Below, in pieces: positions 36,270 through 47,760 of a DNA stretch of 64,000 nt (position 1 is the stretch's first letter; each line of letters opens with the position of its first letter). Origin of the DNA: Torpedo marmorata (lineage: Eukaryota); contig OZ360222.1 of NCBI GenBank assembly GCA_977017645.1, forward strand, positions 186,992,001 to 187,056,000. The letters run 5' to 3'. The translations under genes and the position numbers were made by a program. The notes beneath the pieces are model-generated. The model searched no databases. It worked only from the letters and a program-made list of their open reading frames with translations, and was not told where the DNA came from.

Positions 36270-37256
36270 TAAATGGTCTAAGGGTAAATAAGTCTCCCGA
36301 ACCTGATGGAATACACCCTCGGGTTCTGAAGGAAGTAGCTGTAGAGATTGTGGAGGCATTGGTAATAATGTTCCAGGAATCAATGGAGTCTGGCATGGTT
36401 TCAATGGACTGGAGGGCTGCTAATGTCACTCTGCTGTTTAAGAAGGGAGTGAGGCAGCAGAAATTAAATTATAGACCTATTAGCCTGACGTCGGTGGTTG
36501 GGAAGCTGTTGGAGTCGATTGTCAAGAATGAGGTTATGGAATACCTGGAGGTGCATGAAAAGATAGGCCCAAGTCAACATGGTTTCCTTTAAGGAAAATC
36601 ATGCCTGACAAACCTATTGCACTTTTTTGAAGAGATCACAAGTGGATAGACAGGGGAGATGTAGTGGATGTTGTGTATTTGGACTTTCAAAAGGCCTTCG
36701 ACAAGGTGCCACACATAAGGCTGCTAAACAAGATGAGAGCCTGCGGAATTACAGGAAGGATACTAGCATGGGTAGAGCAGTGGCTATTCGGCAGGAAACA
36801 AAGAGTAGGAATAAAGGGATCCTATTCTTGTTGGCTAATGGTTACCAGTGGTGTACCACAGGGTTCCATGTTGGGGGCTGCTTCTTTTTATGTTGTATAT
36901 AAATGATTTGGATTATGGAATAGATGGCTTTGTGGCTAAATTTGCAGATAATACCAAAATAGGTGGTAGGGTGGGTGGTGCTGACGATACAGAAAGGCAG
37001 CAGAAAGACCTGGATAGATTAGAAGAATGGGCAAAGAGGTGGCAGATGAATACAATGTTGGAATGTGTACAGTCATACCCTTTGGTAGAAGAAATAGACG
37101 GGCAGACTATTATTTGGATGGGGAATAAAATTCAAAATTCAGAGGTGAAAAGGGACTTGGGAGTCTTCATGCATGGACCAGCTCATGATTAGAATGGCGA
37201 TCAGACTCGATGGGCCGATGGGCCCACTTCTGCTCCTATATCTTGTGATCTTGTGA
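36270..37256 (+). mobile_element. CR1 LINE RT fragment with internal deletion and 3' tail
   Basis: WRAANVT.LFKKG, NYRPISLTSVVGKLLE, VYLDFQKAFDKVPH, SGVPQGS, KFADNTK; tail TCTTGTGATCTTGTGA. Confidence 0.93.
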
Positions 37257-37530
37257 ATACCCGACTCCACTGATGAAGAAAGTTGTATAGATTGTTCCAG
37301 GGTGTTGGGACTCCAGGACTGTAGCGTTATTCAAGGTTGCACGCGTCGGTTGTGCAATCTCCACAGGTAACACACAGTGCTATGCCGGCAGAAATCACAA
37401 GGACACTGTAAACTACACACAAGTCAATGAGGATTGGGATTGATGTATCGTTGACATTACCGATCACCTGTTCTCGCTACTGTACCGACAAGTTAAGCGA
37501 TACGGAATCCATCAAACACGAGATGATCGG

Positions 37531-38511
37531 AGTAAAAACACAAAGCTGGAGAAACTCAGCAGGTCAAGCAGTGTCCTTTATATAGCAAAGGTAAAAATAC
37601 ATAACCGACGTTTCGGGCTTGAGCCCTTCATCAAGGTATGGAAAAATGTCGGCTGGGGTCCAAACAAAAGAGTAGGGGGGAGGGGTGGTCGCAAAGGCAG
37701 GAGGTGATAGGTGGAGAAGGGAGGGAGGGGACAGCAGCGATCAAGGGGAGGAGGGATGGCTAGGTGAATAGAGGGGGAAGGGAGGGAGGAGAACTGGAAA
37801 GGGGAAGGGAAGGGGGGGGAAGAGGAGAGCAGGTTAGCAGAAACGGGAAAAGTCGATGTTAATGCCATCTGGCTGGAGAGTGCCCAGACGGAAAATCAGG
37901 TGTTGTTCCTCCAATTTGTGGGTGGTCTTGGTGGGATAGTACATAAGGCCATGGACAGACGTGTGAGTGTGGGAATGTGACACAGAACTGAAATGGTTGG
38001 CTACTGGGAGGTCTCTGTCACTGGTGAGGATGGATCTAAGATGTTCAGCGAAGCGATCTCCCAATCTGCGCCAGTCTCTCAGATGTAGAGAAGGCCACAA
38101 AGTGAGCACCGGATGCAGTAAATCAGTCCTGCGGATACACGTGAAGTGTTGCTTCACTTGAAAGGCCTGTTTGGGGCCCAGGGCCTTGGTGAGGGAGGAG
38201 GTGTGGGCGCAAGTGTGGCACCTCCTGCGGCCACAGTGGAAGGTGCGGGGGTGAGGCGATTCGTGGGGAGGAATGAGTGCATGAGGGAGTCACAGAGGGA
38301 GAGGTCCCTAGGAAGGCAGAGAGGGGAATATGTGTCTGGTAGTGCGATCCTGTTGTAAGTGCCGGAAATTCCGGCGGATAATGTGTTGGATGGGGAGGCT
38401 GGTGGGGTGGTAGGTGAGGATAAGGGGGAATCTATGTTTGTTGTGTCTGGGGACAGAGGGGGCGCGGGCAGATGAGCAGGAAATGGAGGAGATGCGGGTG
38501 AGGGCTGAGTT
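37531..38511 (-). mobile_element. Penelope-like element, 5'-truncated (GIY-YIG end plus terminal repeat)
   Basis: RRLGDRFAEHL..VANHF..KLEEQHLIFRLGTLQPDGINIDFS on the minus strand, flanked by the direct repeat GAGATGATCGG (37520-37530 and 38512-38522). Confidence 0.9.
37600..37640 (-). ncRNA. Minimal type-I hammerhead ribozyme motif in the Penelope terminal repeat
   Basis: Minus-strand RNA: CAUACC UUGAUGA A GGGCU CA AGCCC GAAA C GUC GGUUAUG. Stems I and II pair, and stem III is reduced to the palindrome ACGU. Confidence 0.65.
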
Positions 38512-39029
38512 GAGATGATCGGTCTCCTAGTCTTCGGGCTTAACCGTTATCATCAGATATTCGGGGAAGTGACGACAGTTGGTTAATAAACTGCTCAATC
38601 TATTGTTCAGAAAAGCGCCGTTTTTCAGATCTAAACTTATTTCGGGAAAAAAATTGTATTACTCGGTGTGTGTGTGTGCGTGCGTGTAAAACTACACATA
38701 CCGCATCCCTTCACTGTCAGCAATATTTCCTACATGCGCGCGCACATACATTCCACACATATATGTACAATAAATAAGGGATATTATCGCATCGAGAGAT
38801 CCACAACAGGTTGCAAAATCAATCCTAACTGCTGCGTAGAGTGGATAAACTGGAAGGTGTAGTTTGAGTGTCGAGCATCAGGGTGTTTGATGGTGCAAAC
38901 TACCGTGGCCCTGAGAAATTGGATGCAGGAAGAGGGTAACAGTGTTTTAGAAACGCTGATTATTCAACTGGGGAACAAATTCACGTCACCTATTTCATTT
39001 AACAATTTCAATGTGTATCATCGCCTCAC

Positions 39030-39335
39030 AACATATCGGTGACAATCATTGAACATGTTAAGTTTAGTCGACCTTTTAATGTAGGCACTTTCTTGGCCAA
39101 TCTGTGCACTGCAAGATCCCACAAACAGGAATGCAATAAGCTTAGATAATCTATTTTATTCAATGAGGTCCATTGAGAGACCAGCACACCGAGGATGCAT
39201 GCGCTTTTTATATTCACACAAATGGACAGACCGGACATTGGGATAAATTTAAGTCGCACACATCAGGCAATCGGGCACTCTGTACCTGCACTGCTGTGTG
39301 AGACTAGAAATGTACTTGAATCTTCAGAATGAGCT
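39030..39335 (-). mobile_element. Ancient Deu-domain SINE (SacSINE1/AmnSINE1-like), degenerate
   Basis: GCCAATCTGTGCACTGCAAGATCCCACAAACAGGAATG..AGATAATCT resembles the reverse complement of the Deu-SINE core as I recall it. Confidence 0.6.
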
Positions 39336-40171
39336 TTCTTAAAACTAAAAAAATAAAGTTTCTCTCGCTTTACTCGGTCGTTGGTGTCGAAGATTATTGG
39401 TTTTCTTCCCTTGTTGTGGGTTCAGGGTTCAGGGGCAGATGAGGAACTCTGCCGGACAGATGACGGTCACAGGTGCTTGATGTGGGGAGGGGCAGTTGTG
39501 ACGTTGAGGATGCAGTTGCCCTTCCACAGTTTGGCCGAGTATACGTGTGCTCCCTTGGCACACACTGGAGGTCCACTGTCTCCTCAAACTCTCCTGCTGG
39601 AACAGCGTGGGGAATAGAGTTCTTGGACCAGGAACGCGATGTCAGGAGCCTACAGAGTACAACCATGCGAGAGATTGGACTAGGATTCTATCCCCCACAC
39701 CCTGTTCTACCTGTGGATCCAGGAGATTGCCGTTTCTCGGCTTTAAAACTGGGTTAATTAGAAAGTGATATAAAACAGTGTTATTTTAAATAATTCGATG
39801 AGTGATGTGTTGATTGCATGGATGTGCCAGGAAACTATGTTGTCTTACAAGCAAGAACGATGGGTTCCTTGCTAACACCAACTTTAAAGATCCAAAGCTG
39901 ATCATGAGATGTTCGTCCAATCTTTGCGCCACACAAACCAAGTCATACGTGAAAATCAAACGACAGTAGCCACAAGGAGCTAAAGTAAGACAGGGAGAGA
40001 CGCTTGATGGAAAGATACACAGTACTGGTTCAATCAGCTGAGTTCACATACACACTAACACAAGATTCCCCAATGTTGTTCATTCTACCTTCGCTGGCAG
40101 CGCTGACAATGCACCGGGTTATTGAGTGAGATGAATAAAGCGGGAGTGGAAGGCGGGATTAGCGGGGGTAA

Positions 40172-41528
40172 ATCACGAAAATCTGTAGACACCTTGGTTG
40201 AAGTAAAAACACAAATGCTGGAGAAACTCAGCAGGTCAAACAGTGTCTTTTATGTAGCAAAGGTAGAAATACATAACCGACGTTTCGGGCTTGAGCCCTT
40301 CATCAAAGTATGAGAAAATGCCGGCAGGCGTCCGAACAAAAGAGTGAGGGGGGAAGGGGGGTGGCAAAGGCAGGGGATGATAGGTGGAGAAAGGAGGGAG
40401 GGGACAGCAGCAATGAGGGGGAGGAGGGATGGCTGGATGGGTGGAAGAACTGGAAGGACAGGTGAGGGGGGAGGGGAAGGAAAAGACAAGCAGGTTTAGT
40501 GGAAAGCAGAAAAGTCAATGTTAATGCCATCTGGCTGGAGAGTGCCCAGACGGAAAATAAGGTTTTGTTCCTCCAATTTCCGGCTGGTCTGGGTGGGATA
40601 GCACATAAGGCCATGGACAGACATGTGAGTGTAGGAGTGTGATTCGGAATTGAAATGGCTGGCTACTGGGAGGTCGCTGTTGTTGCGGATGGAGAGGAGG
40701 TGCTCAGCAAAGCGATCTCCCAATCTACGACCGGTCTCTCCGATGCAGAGAATGCCACAAAGGGAGATGCAGTAGATAAGTTCTCTGGATGTATGTGAAG
40801 TGTTGCTTCACTTAGAAGGCCTGTTTGGGGTCCCGGACCGTGGTGAGGGAGGAGGTGTGGGTGCAAATGTTGCACCTCCTGCGGGCACAGGGGAAGGTGC
40901 CGGGGGTGCGATGGGTGGGGAGGGATGAGTGCACGAGGGAATCGCGGAGGGAGCGGTCCCTGCGGAAGGCCGAGAGAGGAGGAGAAGGAAAAATGTATCT
41001 GGTGGTGGGATCCTGTAGTAAGTGCCGGAAATTCCTGCGGATAATGTGTTGGATGCGGAGGCTGGTGGGGTGGTAGGTGAGGATGAGAGGGATTCTATGT
41101 TTGTTGTGTCTGGGGGCAGAGGGGGCCAGGGCAGATGAGCGGGAAATGGAGGAGATGCGGGTGAGGGCTGAGTTGATGGTGGTGGAGGGGAAGCCACGTT
41201 TGTGGAAGAAGGCAGACATTTTAGAAGATGCGGCTGAGACGAGAAATTGAGAGAAGGGGGTGGAATCCTTGCAGGGGACAGGGTGTGAGGAAGTGTAGTC
41301 CAGTTAGTTGTGGGAGTTGGAGGGTTTGTAGTAAATGTCGGTGGAAAGCTTGTCTCCCGAGATGGAGACAGAGAGATCCAGGAAGGGGAGAGTGTTATCG
41401 GAGATGGACCAGGTGAGTTTGAGATCGGGATTGAAGTTGGACGCGAAGTGGATGAATTTGACAAGTTGATCGCGAGTGCATGAGGCAGCCCCGATGTAGT
41501 CGTCGATATAACGGAGGAAGAGATGAGG
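40172..41528 (-). mobile_element. Penelope-like element fragment (RT C-terminal half, GIY-YIG, terminal repeat)
   Basis: Minus strand has LFLRYIDDYIGAA (~41485-41523), RGFP..INSAL, YHP, FRRDRSLRDSLVHS, CARRRCNIC, DRFAEHL and LIFRLGTLQPDGINIDFS. Confidence 0.92.
40272..40312 (-). ncRNA. Second minimal hammerhead ribozyme motif
   Basis: CAUACU UUGAUGA A GGGCU CA AGCCC GAAA C GUC GGUUAUG. It differs from 37600-37640 by one base, which turns a stem I C-G pair into U-G. Confidence 0.62.
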
Positions 41529-43260
41529 GGGGTGGGTTGAGGATAAAATTGGAGGGAAGAAACGTTCGACCCATTTTATTCGACGCTACCTCAAATGCTA
41601 ATTTTTAGATTCGCATCCCTGTGTTCAAATCCCTCCGTGCACTTCTTGCCCAAGTAGTTATCTCCATTCCTACATTACCCCGACGTGCCCGCTTGCCCCA
41701 CTTCTAACCACACACGGCGCCAACCTGGCGGAAATACATGCCGTGCATTCAGTGCAGCCGGGACTAAATCCTGGGATTCCCTCCCCAACTCCACTGTGGG
41801 AGCAACTTCATCTGAAGCACAGCATCGACGGAAGCTCACCGCTGCATTCGCAGTCAGGGAGAGGCAATAAATGCTGACCTTGTCATCAACACCCGCATGC
41901 TGACTCTTTAAGTCTTTTTCAACCCATCCATTTCTTTCATCATGTTATTGCCTGCAGCGTTTTCACTCCTCTGGGCCCCAGCCCCTGGAATGTCATCTTA
42001 AGTTCCTCCCCTTCAATCTTCTTTTAAAAATTTCCCATTTTAAACCCATTACAATCACCTGTTTGATAGCGAGATAATTTTGCCCAATTAAGGACTTGTG
42101 AAGGACCATGACATTTTTAACCGCATTCACGCCTATAAAAGGCGTTGATATTCAACAATAAAAATGTGTATGCTTATAGTTAAACCAATACCCGCATTAT
42201 CTGATGCTCCATAAACGAACGGAATGCGTTTACAGTTTCAGCAGTCATATCACGGACTTGCATCTTGCACAGTATTCAGTGGTACCTATAAAAATCGAGG
42301 CTTGTGATTTATTGGCAGAATTCTTCTTTAGCGAAGGACTACACGCCTTCTACTGAGAGGCGTTCGTATTAAATAACAACGAACGCTCTTTGCCCGCGGA
42401 GTCTCAATATGTAATTATCAAACGTGGTTTTAAATGATTTCCATAATCATCGGTTGGTGTATTCCCGAGCACCATGATGATCATTAATTCCACCCTCTTG
42501 CAAATAACGTCCTCTGTGAATTGGAACAGATTTTGGTCCCTCAACGAAAACGTGCCTTCCTCCCCGATAAATGGAGAAATGAGAGAACGAGAGAAAGAAG
42601 GAAACATCAATGGTGTATTTAGCCTGAGGTGTGGGAAATGGCATGAATCGGTTACACTATTGGGTAAGACATAAATCTCTCGCGTTCTTCTAGTCTTTCC
42701 TCCAATAAATTCTCGCACAGTGAGGAAGATTTGACGCCTAGGGAAATTGCTGAAAATAGGCATGTATTACATTTAGTTTCCTAACATGTTGTAATTTTAG
42801 CTCAGTTAGAAATTATATGACTTGAATGTTTAGTAAAAGAATGTCAGTGAATCGCAGTCTCCAAATCCCAGTCAGAATCATCTTACACGGGTTTATGTGC
42901 TGGTTCCCCGATTGTCTTACCAGGGGTGGGTTGAATGTGACTTGGGCAACGCAGCGGAATGATACAAAACACTTCCCCAAATGAAAGGACAGTTTAGACC
43001 CAGCAAGGCCCTTAGCATCGGAGCCAAGGTTAGCCGAGAAACCGCTCTAGAATCCAAGAATTATTGATGTTAAAACAACAACAACAATAATAATAATGAC
43101 ATAATGAGGAATTCAAAGATGTTCCGCCGTTACTGTTATCCGGCCTGTAAAAACAGCTAGCACCAATCGCAATTAGTATTAATGGTTTAAATGCCTGACG
43201 GAAAATGTGAATAAACACAAATATGGTACCCAATTCGAACTAAATTCAAATATCCCAAGG

Positions 43261-43397
43261 TATTTTGAGAGTGTAGAGAGGATCAGGGCAGGTTATTTTG
43301 AGAGTGTAGAGAGGATCAGGGCAGGTTATTTTGAGAGTGTAGAGAGGATCAGGGCAGGTTATTTTGAGAGTGTAGAGAGGATCAGGGCAGGTTATTT
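43261..43397. repeat. Perfect 33-bp tandem repeat, 4 copies plus a partial one, abutting a CR1 tail (~43400-43505)
   Basis: Unit TATTTTGAGAGTGTAGAGAGGATCAGGGCAGGT. Confidence 0.97.
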
Positions 43398-45206
43398 GGC
43401 GGACCTCATTCGAGCAAATGGGATTAGTGTAGATGGGCAGAAAGGTCGGTATAATAGTGATGGATTGAAGGGCCTGTTTCCGTATTCTACAACTCTATGA
43501 CTCTAATTAGAACCTGTTTACTGCACCTTTAGACCATTCCAAATTATACTTCTTGGTGATTTATAATATTTTGGACCCATTTTGTTAAGCGGAGCTTCTG
43601 AACTGGACCTACATAATTCCATTGAAATCGATGTTTCATGTCTATCGCACTTTCTTTGTAAAATTGTGCAGTTAGTTAACGAGTACCTGTGAAAGGGCAG
43701 GATTGTCTACGGTTTGACATTAAGGAAAAACATTTAAAGGGTTCACGTGAACTTTTGTCACCGGATGTTAAGAATGTTCTTAAACGGCAACGGAAATTTA
43801 TAAATATCTGATGGATGACTATAACTATTTAATTAATGTTTTGAATTAACATTAAATTAAGTGTACAAGTGGATGGAAATGGGGCATCAACAAAGGTCGT
43901 GATCGTATAAGACGGGTAAACTGGCCCAGGAACTCTTAATGATTGACCAAAAATAAAAAGGTCTACCAAAATAATATATCCCATGGAGCAAAGGGGTAAC
44001 GTTGCGTTCCATCTTTATGAAGGGAGAAATATTAATGATTTTTCTCATCTGTCTTAAAGAAATCGATAATAATTTGTTGTACATTATCCAACTATTTTCA
44101 AATTGAGTTTACGCTAATGGTGCAGTTACTCTGCCTAAACTCTCCAATGCAAACGATTTTTAAAAATGTTCTCACGAGTAAAATATTAAGAAAAAAATAC
44201 ATTGTTAGGTCGATCTGTACATCACTGATCACGCCCTCCATTAAAAACATATTTAGAAGGCATTTCAAAGCGCGATCATTTGCCACAAATCATTAAATGC
44301 AATTGCTGATAAACCACTTGCACAATGCAAAGTTTTTAGCGACTCTGCAGGTTTTAACATAATTTGAGATTAAAATGCAGATCGATTACAAACGCAAAAA
44401 TGCTCTAAACAGACGAGATAACCAAAATTGTCTCAGGTTTGTCATTCACTTTTCTTGACTTAATGGAATTTGTGGCATTATGTGGCTGTTAATAAATGTA
44501 CGGAAGAGAGAGGCCCAATGTTTATAATTTACGGGAATTATCTTCTGATTTCTTTCCTCGTAAATCTCGCTTGAATCTCATTATAAACGATGAATATTGC
44601 GATCCGTTTAATTTTTTTTTCGGAGTTTGTGTCACCGATCTGGTCGTAGTGTAGATCCCTTCACCAAACGGACAGCCTGTTGCACAAATGGAAGATTGGG
44701 AGGGAGTGCTCGCTGCTTTTATTAATTGTTAATTATTTAAGCTATATTTAGAAATGTTAATTTTAAATGGGAGATTCTGTAACTTTCCTACTAGAGTTGC
44801 ATTCCATATTTTCTACGAGTATTAGTTTTGTTTTCATTTAAATATCATTTAAAATACATAATTGCACTAATTATAGAATAAAGACAGGTGTAAAAGCTGG
44901 GAACCAGAAACACTCTAAAGCGTTTTACAAATCATATCTATTAACAAACAACCCTTCATAAATTCAATTATCTGCACTAATCATATTAACAGTTAATACA
45001 TTTCATTTTGTAGAGAGTTCTCTTCAACTATTACATGGATACAATGAAGCATTTACATAAATGAAAATTATTTTTGATATCATGTACTGTCAAGAATTAA
45101 AGCATCTTGTTCATTTGACCACACGTGGTGTAGTCATCAATTTCAAATTTAATAGTTAAACGAGTTTCGAATTAATGTTCTGGAGAGATCGGCAACGTAT
45201 ATTTAA

Positions 45207-45213
45207 TCTCTCA

Positions 45214-45290
<77 letters not shown>
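45207..45290. repeat. (TC)n(CA)n microsatellite
   Basis: Directly visible. Confidence 0.98.
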
Positions 45291-45292
<2 letters not shown>

Positions 45293-47339
45293 TAAACGTT
45301 AATTATATATAACCCGGGTTCAGATGTTATATTTGTTATTTAGTTAATAAGAAAGATCCTTTCTCTAGCTGAAGTGTATTGCTTGCCATTGAATATGGAG
45401 GTATATATATTACAATTAAACGACTAACGCAAATACAAATGTTAAAACATAGATTCGCCTACTAAGTTCATTTTGGCATACATTACATTAAACAGTGAAT
45501 CGCAACACAGCGCCCCATATGAAATATTAACAGTAACTATGCTAATACGCTTAAATAATCATTAAAACAAACAATTAAGTGACAGAACGCAGGGTATTCC
45601 AAAGTGGAGGCAAGGCGATTGGTCTACAAATGCTCATGTAAAACCTCTCAAGAGACAGGATCCGCCACATGCAGAAAAATACCATTCATGGATTTCAAGA
45701 GCTTTGGACCAGCCGAAGGAAATCTTAAACTCTCAAGGACCACCAGTAACCTTTTCTAGAGCCCATTTTATATTTCCAGGTGACTTGAAATTGAAAGACA
45801 CATTGAATAGCAATAAAAGATCTCCTCCGTTTCCCGTAGAATGTCTCCTTAAAAGATCCCACCGGTCTTTTGTACTCTGAAAACAGGCGCGATGAATTAA
45901 CATCCTAACCTGCTACGTGAAATGGAGTGGAGCGGGTTAGATTCAGGCGAGGAAAGATTTAACTCAACGAACCTTTCTTTTTCCCCCACCAAATGTCTAG
46001 CTTCTTTTGATTCAGCGACAGAGTGGGGCTTTTCAAAAGGCATAATTGAAGACCTGGTATCGCGCTCGCGTTAAATGTGACTCTACGAAATATCGTATCA
46101 ACAAAACTCTACTCAATCAGATTGCCAAGTAGGCGAAATTCGTTTGAGTGCGCTGGATGTCCTCACCCCTTTGTTGATTGTCTTTCTTTGTGCCATACTT
46201 GGAGTTAAATTGAGTTTGTTTTAGGCCAGGCGACCTTTAAGGTGATTGGTGATGCCCGTTATCTGGAGGGGCTATCAGTCTCCCCAGGAAACCAAAAAGC
46301 TCATGAATCACTCTTGATAGTGGACACGTGAACGGCAAAGAAAAGTTTGGAGTAGTGCTGTTGATTAGCCTATTAAAATGTTAAAGCACAACAAACACTT
46401 AATAAAGGGCGCATTAACTGCAGCAAATCGCGTGTATCTACACACCTGCTAATTAGGAAGTGCCTCTCAATAGCAAACCCTTCACCGCGGAGAATGGGCT
46501 ATTTTTATCATCCAGGCACCCTCAACAGATGTACAATGGAGCAAAAAACAAAAGACCAGTCGCCGTGCCACGTTTTTTGTTTGTCAAAAGGAATGCAAGT
46601 CAATGAATAATTGTGTTGGCTGCAGGATGTCTATCTGTTGGGATAATTGTTATTAATCCTTTTACCTTCACAAACAGAAATAATAGAGCGCTTGGCTAAT
46701 TATCGAAAAGCCGATAACATCAGTCTTTACTAAGGAAAAAATTCCGCTCATTGAATCGCAAAACATTAGAGCAGTCCTAATTTTAGTAGTGTCATTGTGA
46801 GGCTGTCACTACAGAACTGAGCTAATGGTTTTTTTTTGGTGCTGTTAGAGTTTATGAATACAATAATCTTGTGCCCGCTACGAGCAGAACATTTATAAAG
46901 CAACAAGGTGAAAAGATCATTGTACTAAAAGGTTGCCTCTCTTTCTCTTTGATCCGTTGAGTGTATCCAGCATTATCAATTATCATATCAGATTTTCAGT
47001 GTCCGAAACATTCAAGATTTGCATTGTTTAATAAGTAAATACTATACTTGAGTCTCAGTGTGAATATCTCATTCATCTGAGTTCTATCAGCTAATGTTTG
47101 AATGGAATGGTTTTCTGTTTGTAGGTGTTAGCTTTCCATGTAAAATGGACATGGAAGTTTGCAAGTTGTGTACGTGTTAGAGGCGGGGTGGACTGACACC
47201 GAAACATGGCAAATATTTACCATCTTACACACAACAGGGCCTGAGCGTGTTCTCTTTTTTGGGGCATGACAATATTAAATTAATCCGTGTGAGCCCATGC
47301 ATCATTCTGTTTTGTGTAAATTCGAAGAACAGCGAAAAC

Positions 47340-47760
47340 CCAGGACTCAAGAGCGTAGCCAACATCATGAAGGACCCCCATCAAAACCCAGGTCAGAACA
47401 TTTTCTCGCTGCTACATTCAGGCAGAGTGTACAGAAGCGTGAGATCCAGCACCTTTAGGTTCAAGGACACTTTTTATACGAACAGCCTCTTGAACCTCCT
47501 CGCACTACCCTTACCATAAATTAACCCGAGACCACCAAAACACCTATCTGCACTATTAATATATCACATTTTTTGCACTGTGTAACTGTGAATATTTATT
47601 TATCGTCTTGTTATATTTATTATCTTTTTTTTCTCATGGCGTAGAGTGGTAATTTAATTTATACCAGTGCTGTTGGTGTGTGACTGCAGCAAGTAAAAAC
47701 TTCGGTGGAACTGTATATTGTACTTATGTATATGACAATAAACTCTCATATTATATCATG
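47340..47760 (+). mobile_element. Rex1/Babar-type LINE 3' fragment
   Basis: IMKDPHQNPGQNIFSLLHSGRVYRSVRSSTFRFKDTFY, then a tail ending ATGACAATAAA. Confidence 0.75.

Noticed and set aside
35678-36291. ORFs with repetitive peptides
   Set aside because: Translations of the 19-bp minisatellite.
40808-41464. 218-aa Pro/Ser-rich ORF
   Set aside because: Off-frame reading of the C-rich Penelope coding strand.
43207-43500. ORF with repeated YFESVERIRAG, or a CRISPR-like array
   Set aside because: It is a head-to-tail 33-bp tandem repeat with no spacers. The frame stays open only because the unit is a multiple of 3.
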